From Octopus sinensis (taxonomy: Eukaryota): a stretch of DNA of 64,000 bases. Positions 1-12,079 of the stretch are shown one piece after another. The translations under genes were made by a program, and so were the position numbers. The notes under the pieces were generated by a model. The model had not been told where the DNA came from. It made no database searches and was given only the letters and a program-made list of their open reading frames with translations. The DNA is taken from positions 80,352,001-80,416,000 of the forward strand of contig NC_043000.1 of the NCBI RefSeq assembly GCF_006345805.1, given 5' to 3'. Position 1 is the stretch's first letter. Every line of letters begins with the position of its first letter.

Positions 1-231
1 TGATGCTCCCCCACTACTTCTGCTCGTGATCAGAGATGCACATATCGTCAGCCACTAAGGGACATGCTCAACTGGTTAAGGTCAAACAACTGACAAGCAA
101 ATTTGTGGTATTGAGCAGAATATTTGCTGTAGCCCATCTTTTATACCAAGACAAAACAATGTACATGATAACACTTTCAATCAGTTAAGATCAGAAGCCA
201 TGAGAGCCACTGGCCGGTACTGCATCGGGGC

Positions 232-235
<4 letters not shown>
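1..235 (-). mobile_element. Interspersed repeat abutting a (TAA)n array (possible truncated non-LTR 3' region or SINE)
   Basis: Abuts (TTA)n at 232-270; a diverged copy in the opposite orientation is at about 28375-28510 (GCAAATATTC...GGGGGAGCATCA). Confidence 0.45.
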
Positions 236-271
<36 letters not shown>

Positions 272-432
272 GAGTGAGAGAGCAGTGCATGCCATCAAAG
301 TGACACTGGTGTAAAATATACGAAGCCCAATATACCCATCATGACTACCCGTCTGATAAGGGTACACCAGGCACATTATTATTATCATTATTATTATTAT
401 CATCATTATTATTATTATTATCATCATCATTA

Positions 433-502
<70 letters not shown>
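232..502. repeat. (TTA/TAA)n microsatellite arrays interrupted by a ~100 bp insertion
   Basis: Direct reading: (ATT)n at 232-271 and 373-502, with unique sequence at 272-372. Confidence 0.95.
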
Positions 503-603
503 CATTCAGTAGTTTTATTTTTATAGCGTGCTTTCACTTCACTACCGAGCACAGCTCTGTGTGCCTTGGGTATGTGCTGTGATTTGTTGTGATGCTCTGA
601 TGG

Positions 604-1197
604 TTATTGTATGGAAAGTGTTCTGCGTAGGATGTGTGCAGTGTCTAGTAGTGCAATTTTCTGTATGTTATATGTGTTTGTAAGACTTGGTGTTCTTGTT
701 ATGTATTTGTCTGAATATTTTTTTATCATGCCTAATGCACCTACTATGATAGGGATTGTTTCTGTTTTTAGATTCCACATTCTGGTTACCTCTATTTCCA
801 GGTCTTTGTATTTTGAAAGTTTCTCCATTTCTTTTAGAGACACGTTGTCATCTGCCGGTATTGATACATCAATTAGAAAGCATTTTTTTTCTTCATGATC
901 TCTGACAACTATATCTGGTCTGTTGGCCTTAATTTCTCTATCTGTGTGTATCGGCATATCCCAGAGTATGGTTGCTTTCTCGTTTTCTGTGACCTTTTCT
1001 GGTGTGTGTCTATACCATCTTTTTTCTGTTGTTATTCCATAATGTTGGCATAGCTTCCAGTGTATGTAGGTTCCAACTCTGTCATGTCTGTGAATATATT
1101 CCTTCTTAGCCAGGACTGGGCAGCCAGAGATAATATGATTTATTGTTTCTTGTCCATCTCCACATATTCTGCAGTTACTTGTTATATTTCTTTTCAT
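604..1197 (-). pseudogene. CCHC zinc knuckle + restriction-like endonuclease of the R4/Dong element
   Basis: CRICG...HIISGC, RHD, RPD...D...K motifs and the C-terminal TAHILRRTLS typical of the R4 clade. Confidence 0.9.
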
Positions 1198-1517
1198 TAC
1201 ATGTTTTTGGTAATTTCAGGTGGGGAGGCTTTGGTCTTGTGCTGCAATTAAAAATCCCTCTGTCTCTGCTTTGAGTCCTGAGCTTCTCAACCATTGCTGG
1301 GATTTTTCTTTGTCTATTTCTTTTGTGTTTAGTTTAGTCCAGTATTTACCATGAAGGGGCTTTTCTTGCCATCATTTTATCATGGTTCGTTGCTGTTCTA
1401 TTTTTTAGTTTGGATTTCATTTGTTTTATAGCTTTTGTTGTTTCTTCATCTTCTTCTTCTTCTTCTTCTTCATATTTATTAGGTGGTATGATTTCTTGTT
1501 TGTATTTGTCAGCTTCC

Positions 1518-2807
1518 TTAAATACTGAGAACAGTTTTTTTGTTTTGCTCGTGTTTTGCTGCTATTTGTATCAATTTTCCTTCCTTCTGAAGTAGGTATT
1601 TTTGCAGTCCTATGGTGGTTATTTTATAGTATTTTTCCAGCTGTATAAGGCCTCTACCACCTTCTATACGTTGTATATATAGTCTTTCTATGTCAGATTT
1701 TGGGTGATGCATCCTAGATCCTGTCATTATTTTTCTTGTTTTCCTATTTATTGTGGTCAGTTCATTTAGTGTCCAGTTAAGGATATTGTAGCTGTAACTT
1801 ATAACTGGGACAGCTAAAGTGTTAATACCTGTTATCTTGTTTTTAGCATTGAGCCCTGTTTTTAGTATTGATCTAACTCGTCTATAATATTCTTTTTTTA
1901 TTTTCTCTTTCATTTGTGTGTGTTGTGTCTTATCTAGTTCATGGATTCCTAAGTATTTGTAAGTTTGGCTTTGGTCTAATTCTTCTATTTCATTGGTTTT
2001 ATCTAGTGTGATGTTGCTACTCTTAACTAGTTTTCCTCTTTTCATGGTTACTTTGGCGCATTTTTCTAATCTAAATTTCATATCTATTTCTTTGGTAAAT
2101 CCATGAACTGTCTTTAATAGTGTTTCCAGCTGTTTGTCATTTGCAGCGTATAGTTTTATGTCATCCATGTATAAAAGGTGGCTGATCGTTTTACCGTAAC
2201 ATTTATATCCGCATCCAGTTCTATTTAACATATCAGATAGAGGTGACAGTGCCAAGCAGAAAAGGAGTGGAGAGAGCGTGTCTCCCTGGAATATTCCTCT
2301 TCTAATGGGGATGGCTTTGGTTTTCATGAGTCCCTCTTTTGTTTGGAGCTGTAGCACTGTTTGCCATTTATTCATAGAGTGCCCTATGAATTTTATAATT
2401 GTTGGTGCTACTTTGTTAATGGCTAGTGTTTTGAGTATCCATGTGTGGGGGATGCTATCAAACGCCTTTTTGTATTCGATCCAGGCCATACTGAGGTCTT
2501 TCTTCTTTCTGTGGCTGTCTTCAGTTATGGTTTTATTGATCATTAGTTGATCTTTACAGCTATATGAGCCTTTGCAGCATCCTTTCTGCTCTTCTGGAAA
2601 CCTTTGTGATATCACTACAGTAAATGCCTTGTACATTGTAGGGAGACAGGTTATTGGTCTGTAGTTTTCTGGTTTTGCTGTCTCATTTGATTTGGGAATT
2701 AAGATGGTTTTCCACTTCGTGAGCCATTCAGGCATTGTCTCTGGCTCTGCCAGTATGTTGTTAAAGTTTTCAGCCAGCTTTTTGTGCATTCCTGTCAGAT
2801 ATTTCAA
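1518..2807 (-). pseudogene. Reverse transcriptase domain of the R4/Dong element
   Basis: 429-aa ORF with NYRPITCL, KKAFDS, QGDTLSP and YMDD motifs; flanked by frameshifts. Confidence 0.92.
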
Positions 2808-4262
2808 CCAGAAGTTGGGGATCTTGTCATGCCCAGGTGCCTTCCAGTTGCTTAGTCTTTGCAGTGCCTGGGTGACCTCTTCAGTTGTTATGGGGGTCCA
2901 AAGTTGCTCAGATGCTGAGTTTGTTGTTTTAATACTCCATTTTTTTGGTTATTCGTTCGCCGACCATATTTCTCTTTAGAATTCTTCCACTTCTTCTGCC
3001 GTTGGTGCTGCAGTGATTTCTATTTTATTTTTGCCAAGTTCTTGGTAGAACTTTTTGGGGTTGGAGTTGAACTTTTTGTTTTGTTCAAAGAAGTGCTGGC
3101 GTTTCTCGTACCGGCGGATCCTTTGTGCTTTGGCAAGGATATCTTGCTTCAGCTTTTCTTTTATCTCAGGTAAATCTTTTTCTGTGATGCTATATTTGCG
3201 GAGTATTTTTGTTTTCTTTTTGTTGCACAGTAGTGTTGCTTGTCTACTGATTTCATTAAGAATCGACAGATCTTTTCTCACTTTTTTGTATTTTGTTTTG
3301 GATGTTATTTATCCACGGGGTTTGCTTGGGTGGTGGTACTCCTGTTTGGATGGGTTTGAGTGAGTATCCAGCTTCTTTTGTGGCTGCAGTGGCTGCTGTG
3401 TATACTAAGTCATTTAGCTCAGTGATATCGCTTTTTGTTTCAGTGGCTATTAGTTCCGTGACGGCTAGGTTTATGCTGTTTATAATTGGTGTTGTTGTTT
3501 CGTCTATTTTGATTTTTGGGAGGTATGGTCGGTGGTCCATTTTGAGCTCTGTGGTTTTCAGTTCTTTGATTATTTTAGTTTTTATATTATCATAATCATT
3601 AGGCTCCCCTTTGTTGTTTCCAGGTTTTAGATTTGTGTCGCTTTCTTTCTTATTTATATGTTTGTTTGCCGTGTTTTGGCTTGCTGTTTGTCGTGTATTA
3701 TTATGCATCCTTACGGTCTGGGTTTGTTGTTTTTTGTTTCCATCGTGTTTGTTGGGAATGTTACGTTTGTCTTCGTGTTTTACTGTTTCAGTGTTTATAT
3801 TATTTGGCATTGTTGTGTGGCTTCTATCTACATTTTCCTGTTGTATTTTTTCTTTTAGATGTTCTATTTCTATTTCTGATATTTTTTTGCGTTGAGAATG
3901 TATCTTCGTACGTTAGCTAGTTTATTAGGGGTCATTGCTGTATCCAAGTCTATATTTATGTTATTTTCCTTCCATATTTTGTATGTATGTGTTATTGTGT
4001 TTTCATGTTTTGGGTAGAGCACTGCTGTGAAGTATGCGTGTAGGATAGAAATGTATTCCTCACATGTCCATTTATGTCTTTTGGGTTTTATTTGCGGGAC
4101 ATGAGGAACAACGTCCGGACCATCATTTTGATGGTCGTCATTTTCGTAGGGTACCGGTCCGTTCATTTCTGTTGTCATATTGTTTTGCATGTGTAGTTTT
4201 TCGTACATTTTGTGTTGTAAGTTTAAAGTACGTACCTCCCGATTGTTATTCTTGGGTTGAAT

Positions 4263-4265
4263 TAA

Positions 4266-4320
<55 letters not shown>
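4263..4320. repeat. (TTA)n microsatellite, 5' flank of the R4/Dong element
   Basis: Direct reading. Confidence 0.95.
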
Positions 4321-4847
4321 AAAGGAATAAATAAATAAATATAAAGGTAAAGGTATAAAGTCAATCTCAGATTTCCAAAATATCAAACATTTTTTTTTCA
4401 ATTTTATACATGGTGTTTTATTTCAATAGTTCTTAACCTGGAGTACAGTGGCTCCCTTAGGAATTGCGAGCTCACAAGTGGGGCTGCAAATGTCAAGGAG
4501 GAATTGGATGCTAAAAGGGTCCTGATTTCTCTTAGAAATAAAATATATAAACAAAATACAATGTTTCTAAATGCATTTTCAAAACAACTCTTTGCTTGGG
4601 TTAGAATGAGGCAAACATTGAGATAACAGTGATGTGTGTGTGTGTGTGTGTAGATAAAACCACTAATATCTCTGTCGTCAGTCAGAAATAAAGTTGTTGT
4701 TGGCATATCCTTCCTTGTATCTGACTGAGACAAGGTTCAACTTAGTAGTACAACTGTTAGCTAAGCAGTGGAGCAGATCATGAAATATGTGAATGGGAAG
4801 GTATGAGGCTTTGTTTGTCATATATTGAACCCAATTTTTTAAAAAGT

Positions 4848-5215
4848 AGGCACAAGCATGGCTGCATGGTAACAAGCTTGCTTCCCAACCACATAGTTCT
4901 AGGTTCAGTACCATTGTATGATACGTTGGGCAAATCCTTGTGAGTGGATTTGGTAGATGGAAACTGAAAGAAACTTGTTGTATATATGTGTATATGTGTG
5001 TGTCTATGTGTCTGAGTTTGAACCTACACCTCCACTTGACAACTGGTACTGGTGTGTTTACGTCCCTTAACTTAGTAGTTCAACAAAAGAGATTGATAGA
5101 ATAAGTACCAAACTTTTAAAAAAAGTACTGGGGTCGATTTATTCAACTAAAAAGTGCCCAAGGCAGTGCCCCAATATGACCATAGTTTAATGACTGAAAC
5201 AAGTAAAAGATAGAA
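4848..5215 (+). mobile_element. tRNA-derived SINE, the most abundant family in the window (family A)
   Basis: A-box-like TGGCTGCATGG and B-box-like GGTTCAGTACC head, central (TG)n, tail ...ATGACTGAAACAAGTAAAAGA; about 15 related copies in the window. Confidence 0.8.
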
Positions 5216-6150
5216 AATTCTTATGAAGCACAAAACAGTATCTATTAGTTAGTTTTTCAATTTTGAAATATGTTTTGGGAATATAATGTTTTCCTGATAT
5301 TTTAACTTAAAGGTAACCATGTACCAATGTACATGTTTGATTCATTAATACTAGTAATAAAATTAAGAATATTTTATTTCATTTAAATTGGAATGTATTT
5401 TTGTTGCAAGTTTTTTATATTTATGCACACTAATAAGTTGTGCAAATACTAATGAATTATCAAATAACAATGAAACTGGTTTGTTCAATCCTCAACTTAC
5501 ACTGCCAAAATCACTCTCCTGGGCCAAATTGTAAAATGAAACTAAATATATTTGAATTTGTATAGAGTACTGAATTAGCAGAAATCTTCATTCATATTTC
5601 TTTCTAAATGTAATTTCCTTGTCTTTGTATTCTTTGGTAATTTTCATAAAAATTGAACATAATCCCTGAGTAGTATAGAAAATATACATGATAAGCCACT
5701 GCCCAAAATTAACTTCTGTTTGTGCAAAATAATCTACTGTATCTTTTTGGTGGGTTCCAAAAAACAAGGTGGTGGGTTTGTAAAACATCATTCAGTGAAA
5801 GAAGGAGCTGGGTTACAAAAGACTTAGAATCCTTACTTTATTCTTCTGACACTCTTCTAATACATTGCCTATTTCTCCATTTGAATATTTTTCTCTTTGC
5901 GTTTCTTTAATAAAAGATTTCAAAATTGGTCATACAGGAAAGTGTCATAATAAGGGTTAAAATAATAAATAACCTGACTTTGGAATAAATTCTGTTGTAA
6001 GATTAAAACATGTTGTGTACAAGGGTGATAAATTCATTGTTAACATGTACAGATATAAAACACAAACTCTACCAAATAAAAAAGATGAAGATCATGACAG
6101 AATGGGTCAAGCATGCAATAAAAAGAAAAGACATGGAAGATAAGGTTTAA

Positions 6151-6366
6151 CCGTTTAGCATTCAGATTATTTTGTTAAATGATTAAATAAATCATATAGT
6201 TTTGAATTAATCACGACTTAACTTGTAGCTTCAAGGTTTTTATGATGTGGTAGTATATTTTTACAATGACATTGTATGGTAGGTATGAAGAGCCAGATCT
6301 GGTTACTCTGAATATAAAGAAGGTGGAATATTTTGGCTGGATATGACCAAATTAAAAGCTAAAGAG
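6151..6366. mobile_element. piggyBac-type MITE
   Basis: TTAA|CCGTTTAGCATT ... AAAGCTAAAGAG|TTAA; related copy at 50129-50333. Confidence 0.6.
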
Positions 6367-6639
6367 TTAATAGTTCACAATTTTAAGCCTAACATACCCT
6401 AAAAATTATATTTTGTTAAGCAAACCGCCACTCTTACTATCAGCAACCAGTTGGAGAGAGTATTGCGCAAATACTGATGAATTGTTAAATAACAATGAAT
6501 TTGGTACATTCAATCCTCAACTTGGGCTGCAAAAATCACCCTCCTGGGCTTAATTGTAAAGTGAGACTAAATATATCTGAATCTGTATAGAGTAGTGAAT
6601 TAGCAAAATTCATAATTTACCAGCAGTACCCGTGGAAAT

Positions 6640-7090
6640 TGCACAGTAAATGCGAACTATTTTAGATGAATGTAAGTTTATATAGAGACATAAAAATTTG
6701 TGTTCCCTTATAAATTTTATATTCTGCATAATTTTCATTTAAAAATACCTTTCATCTGTTCTGGATAAGGCTGTAAGTGAAGGAGCATGAATTTCCCATA
6801 CTCACAGAAGTTTGGAGATTCATTTTTAAATCTAAGAGCTTCACAACGATTACAGAGAATATTTATGTCACTAAAGTAACTTTCAACCATATGTTTACAG
6901 GTTTTTTTCTAGTTGTTCTCTCTTATTTACATTTTATATTCTAGCTTGAATATATCCCCTTTGTTTCAGCTTTCAATGTTTTGACTTCAAATTCCACTAA
7001 TGCCAACTTTGACTTATAGGCTTCCAGGGTTGATTTAACTGATTACTGCTTTTTCTCAGCATTTAATGATGGTTCTGCAAAGTCCTAATC
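6640..7090 (-). pseudogene. Decayed Helitron Rep/helicase N-terminal coding fragment
   Basis: Manual translation of 6890-6735: MVESYFSDINILCNRCEALRFKNESPNFCEYGKFMLLHLQPYPEQMKGIFK, resembling the Helitron C-x2-C-x-A-L-x-F-x2-E...CC..GKV.L..L.PYP motif. It is preceded by a coiled-coil-like frame with stops and followed by an FAFT remnant. Confidence 0.6.
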
Positions 7091-7204
7091 TCTGCCCATC
7101 ATGTGATTCAGTCAGATATATAGTATGTGTATTATATGCATGTATATTGTGTGTGTGTATATATATATCAGGCATATTCCACATTTTTTTAGGAATGAGT
7201 TGCC

Positions 7205-8215
7205 ACAACAAAACACACATCAGGCATTCCATTCAATTTCTAGCTCAGGTCAAAGTATAGAACACAACCCCCAATATCAGCAGTGGAGCCCGACAGCATA
7301 TGCTAGTTCCATACCCCTTTGAGCAACATCAAATTCACTCTTCCGTCCACAAACACTCTCCAAGTTTTCCTATCATTTATAAACTCTCTTGCCTCTCTCA
7401 CTCCAACACCTCTAACAACCAAAGCTTTTCTCACTCCATCCTTCCACACAAACTGAGGTCTGCCTCTGGTCCATCTGCCTACCACTTCTCTGCCTTCATC
7501 ACCTCCTTACTGCTCCTCATCCATCCTCTCCATGTAATCAAACCACCTCAACATTTGTCTATCCATTTTGGTTGTTAGTTTTTCTCTCATTCCTGCTCAT
7601 CTTCACACCTCATTCCTCATCTTGTCCATCCTTGTCACACCAACCACAGCCCTCAGACATGTCATCTCAAACACATCTAGTTGCTACCTTTCCACCTCTC
7701 TCAGCCTCCATGACTTTGCACTATATAATATTGTCGGCACAATTACGTCCTCATACACACCTCTTTTCGCTTTCATACTCAATCTTTTATCTCTCAGCAT
7801 ACCTTTCGCAACTCCAAGTATCTTAATCTCCCCCACTCTGTATCCCACCTCCTCAGCCAGCCCCACCCACCATCTGCTGTCGTATGTGATCTCAAATACT
7901 TAAAAACACTCATGTCCTCTAACATCTTGCCATTTATACTCACATCCATCCCATTAGCCATTCCATCTCTCGAACATCTCATCATTTTACTCTTAGATAC
8001 ATTCACTTTCAGTTTCCTCTTCTCACACACTCTTCCAAACTCTACTACCTACCATCTCTCTCCATTTTCTCCTACCATTTGGGCTCCCTAGCATTTACCT
8101 CTCTCCCCACACCATCCATATATAAATTAAACAGCCAGAGAAACATCACACAACCCTATCTTAACCCCACTTTCACATCAAATCACTCACTTCACCACTC
8201 ACCACTCACCCTAAC
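7205..8215 (-). mobile_element. RTE-clade LINE, 3' RT fragment
   Basis: Minus ORF remnants KLKVNVSKSKMM, FKYLRSH, VIVPTILYSAKSW, GRWTRGRPQFVWKDGVRKAL. Confidence 0.8.
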
Positions 8216-8246
8216 ACACACCCTGCTTTCCTTCTCTCTCCTTCTT

Positions 8247-8297
<51 letters not shown>

Positions 8298-8298
<1 letters not shown>

Positions 8299-8912
8299 AG
8301 GTGCAGGCATGGCTATCAGGACAAAATCCCCCTCAAGGATAAATCCCCACCCAAGAACAAAACAACCCTGGACAAAAATATCAACTAATAAATATTTAAA
8401 ATTTTTTATAACATTTCACTTTCCTAAAGTATTTTTATTGTAAAGAAAGAACAATAGCCCTGGGGATATTGACTGCTGCAGGATTTTGTCCAGCAGGGTA
8501 TTTTGCCCTAGTACTGTGGCTGTGTGGTAAGAAGTTTGCTTCCCAACCACATGTTTCCAGGATCACTCTCATCATGCAGTACCTTGAGCAAGTGTCTTCT
8601 AATATAGCCTTATGCCAACCTAAGCCTTGTAAGTGGATTTTGTAGATGGAAACTGAAAGAAGATCACTATATGTATATAAGTGTAACTATGTGTATCTTT
8701 GTGTCTGTTTGTTCCTTACAACTACTTGACAATGGCTGTTGTTATGTTTACACCCCTGTAACATAGCAGCTCAGCAAATGAAACTGAAATACCATGCTTA
8801 AAGAAAAAAGAAAATAAGTATTGAGGTCAATTCGTTTGATTAAGATTCTTCAAGGCAGTCTGCAGCATGGTCACAAGTCTAATGACTGAACAAGTAAAAG
8901 ATAAAAAGATAA
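8298..8912 (+). mobile_element. Family A tRNA-SINE interrupted by a small inverted-repeat insertion (~8315-8510)
   Basis: The head GGTGCAGGCATGGCT resumes as TGGCTGTGTGGTAAGAAG at 8517; the insert has GGACAAAATCCCC / GGATTTTGTCC inverted motifs. Confidence 0.7.
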
Positions 8913-8922
8913 AAATGACATA

Positions 8923-9811
8923 CATGGTCTGATCAATAAGTATCCAGTCTGTTGCCTAGTAACAAAGCTAAAGCTTTCAGAGTGAAGCCACTTGGTACAG
9001 ATTGACCTTAAACTTTGTTGTGTATACACACTAAGTTTTAATGCTTTAGCCCACTTCTGCTGTTTACAGCAGTGCTTGGAAAGAAGGTGTGTAGCATGTG
9101 ATCATCGTATTGATTATGACAGAGAAAAGTGAGCAGAAAATCTGCATCAAATTTTACCAAAAGCTTGGCAATAAATGCTCAGAGGCCTACACAAAGTTTG
9201 CAAAAAGTTTTCATCATTCTCAACACAATCAAGGAGATCTTGTGCAACTGAAACCTGAATGTCCTTATGGTCAGCTGATAGCAGTTTTGGCACAAACTTG
9301 GTAGACACGCATCTCATACCCAAATCTTCACTGATAATGGACTGAACTAAGCCATAGCTAATCTTCACATCTTATAACTCATGGATGGTGATTCGATGAT
9401 TTACCCTCACCACTGCATGCACATCTGCAGTGTTTTTCTCAGTTCTGCTGGTTGTGGGTTTCCCAGAACGTTCATTAATATCAACAGTTTTTCGGCCATC
9501 TTGGAATCGTCTGAACCACTTGTACACTTATGTGCAGCTCATACACTCCTCTCCATATACTTTCTGCAATTTTGCGCAGGCCTCCAAGCAGGTATCATCA
9601 TGACAACTTTCTCTGTCATGGGCAATGTAGCAATCACATGCTACACACCTTCCTTTCAAGCACCGCTGTAAACAGTGGAAGTGAGCTAGAATGTTAAAAC
9701 TTAGTATGCATGCAGAGCAGAGTTCAAGATCAATCTTTGCCAGGCAGCTTCACTCTGCATTCTTTAGCTTCGTTACTATGGCAACAGTCCTGATACTTAT
9801 CGATCAAACCT

Positions 9812-9813
<2 letters not shown>
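8923..9813. mobile_element. Non-autonomous mariner derivative built from two 5' ends
   Basis: TIRs CA(T/A)GGT(C/T)TGATC(A/G)ATAAGTATC; plus-strand N-terminal remnant MTEKSEQKICIKF; minus-strand remnant IISEDLGMRCVSTKFVPKLLS. Confidence 0.8.
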
Positions 9814-9846
<33 letters not shown>

Positions 9847-11169
9847 CTTGTCTTTTGTTTTTTTTTTTGTAAATTCTCACTATATATTACATGCTCATGT
9901 GGTTGCACTAGTTTTATCCTGTCTCCACTTCATAACACTTCAAACTCTTCTTGGACTATTCTACCTGGATTCTCTACCTGGACTTTCTTCTACTCTCCTA
10001 CATGTAACTGATTGAGTGCTATACTACCTCTGGAACTTCACATACATACATACATACAAAAAAAAAAACATGTGTACATGCACACACACATGCACACACA
10101 CATACAAACGCACACATACATACACACATACAAACACACACATAAACACATGTACAAATACACACATACAAACACACACACACACACACACATGGATGAA
10201 ATGTTCGAAGCAGCTGTTTTGTCCCCACCTATTTTGGTGTCACTGATTCGACCCTGATTTATTTGACATCAGACATTTTGTCCCCAGATCTTTTGTGAAA
10301 ATTTCATTTTTATTCTAGTTGACAACAAACCTGTAATCACAGCTACTAAACTACTTCACTTTATGTACATGAAGGCTGATAAAATATTGACAGAATGTGG
10401 AAAAGAAAAACTTTTTCACAATAGATTTCTGTACATCTTTAACAAAACAGAACTGACAGTAAATTCAAATTTTGGCTCCATGAGCAGAAAACTTGGACAG
10501 TGTGAAAGAGAGTGAGAAACATTAAGATGTATTAAATGACTCCAGTCGTCACAAACACATCTTTCTCTTTCTCTTTCTCTCACTCTTTTATTTTCTCCTT
10601 TTCTTTCTCTCTCTTTCTCTCTCTCTCTCTTTCTCTGTCTTTCTCTCTTGCTCTTATCTTCACTGTGTTGATATGTGTGACCATATGTCTCTTTATGTGT
10701 ATGGAAAGAGGGGAAGTGTTTTTGCTAATTGAGTTCAATTAATAAATTGTAATATCTCTCTCTCTCTCATTCTCTCTATCTGTACATGTTTTTTCTGCAT
10801 GTATGTGTGTGTGCATGCACGCATGTGTGTGTGCATGTGTGTGTGTTTGCCTCCAAAATCAAAAAGTTTAATTTTCAAGACTAGCAACTGATGAAGCGGC
10901 ACACTGGTTGAAGTACACTACTATTACATCAATATTATGTCTATGCATTAACATATAGAACATAAGGTATGTGCTAAAATATGCTTATTTTCAGACTTTC
11001 ATGTTATTACCCTTTCTTTCCTCTTCCTATTCTACCACTCGTTTTTCTTCCTACAAACTCCTTTTTCCACTTGCCTAATTAAACTATCAATAGGGTTAGT
11101 CCTACATTGCAAACACATTGCCTTTTTGTCTTGAGAGACAATGGAGTTGCGCATAAAATAATCTAGTCC

Positions 11170-11630
11170 AGCTTTTACATTTCATGTCCTAATACATTTC
11201 CTGCTGTGGTTGTGTAGTCCTATCCTCAACAAATGCTCCTTCTGGCAGGTGCCGCAAATGTAGCAAAGACTTTTCTTGGATGGTTGTAATGCCATAGTTT
11301 CTTGTTGACGTCTTTTCTTGTCTTTCCATTTCTCCTCTCTCCCTCTGTCACTCCTTTGTGTTCCCTCTTTTACGTTGCCAATCTCCACAGTTGCTGGCAG
11401 CTGCTTCCCAGTTGTTAATATTGATGTTGCAGGCCTTCATGTCCCTTTTGCAAACATTCTTGTATCGTAAGAACAGTCTTCCAACAGACCTAGTGCCCCT
11501 AGCAAGCACTCCATAGAGTATGTCTTTGGGGATTCTGCCATCTTCCATATGGCTAACATGTCCAAGCCATCTCATACATCTTTGTGTGAGGAGTGCAAAC
11601 ATGCTTGGTATTCCTGCTTGCTTGAGGACA
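11170..11630 (-). mobile_element. RTE-BovB-like LINE 3' fragment
   Basis: RWLGHVSHMEDGRIPKDILYGVLARGTRSVGR...RYKNVCKRDMK. Confidence 0.85.
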
Positions 11631-11790
11631 TATATATACGTACATACATATATACATATATACATATATATATATGTATGTATGTATATAAATTAAAGAA
11701 GAACCACCATGTAGCAATTCAACAATGATATAATTAAATCATACCATATAGAAAAAAATTAAATATACGATAAAACATTTACCTAGAACT

Positions 11791-11836
<46 letters not shown>

Positions 11837-12079
11837 ACTTGGGAAACCAAGGCAACTGTCAACTTTGCCTTATAAAACTAAAATATGATACTAGTCTACT
11901 GAAAGATATTGAGTGATTTTTCAGTCTAATGTTTGTAAATGTAGAAACAAAATTTGCTTAGAAGTTGCAAACCCATGTCCAAAGTTTTTTACAAACCAGG
12001 GTCAATTTTTTCAGTTTTAATATCAAACAGATACAGGTATAACAATAATAATTATTATTATATTTGTACATTTCAGAGG

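Larger units (their letters stand above)
503..4262 (-). mobile_element. Near full-length R4/Dong-clade RLE non-LTR retrotransposon, frameshifted, inserted in (TAA)n
   Basis: Minus-strand ORF pieces in the expected order: N-terminal KRHKWTCEEY (Myb-like) motif, RT (RGIFQGDTLSPLLF, HLLYMDDIKL), CCHC knuckle (CRICGDGQETINHIISGC) and RLE (RPDIVVRD...LIDVSIP...K). (TAA)n on both flanks. Confidence 0.92.

Noticed and set aside
170-200. U2 snRNA-like ATCAGTTAAGATC fragment (Utopia-type target)
   Set aside because: The match is too short and is embedded in a dispersed repeat.
191-526. Poly-I, poly-Y and poly-N ORFs, and the many similar CV/YI/HT-repeat ORFs across the track
   Set aside because: These are translations of microsatellites, not genes.
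5588-5791. 67-aa ORF with KITKEYKDKEITFRKKYE
   Set aside because: Bounded by stops, with no splice support or recognised motif; possibly more Helitron debris.
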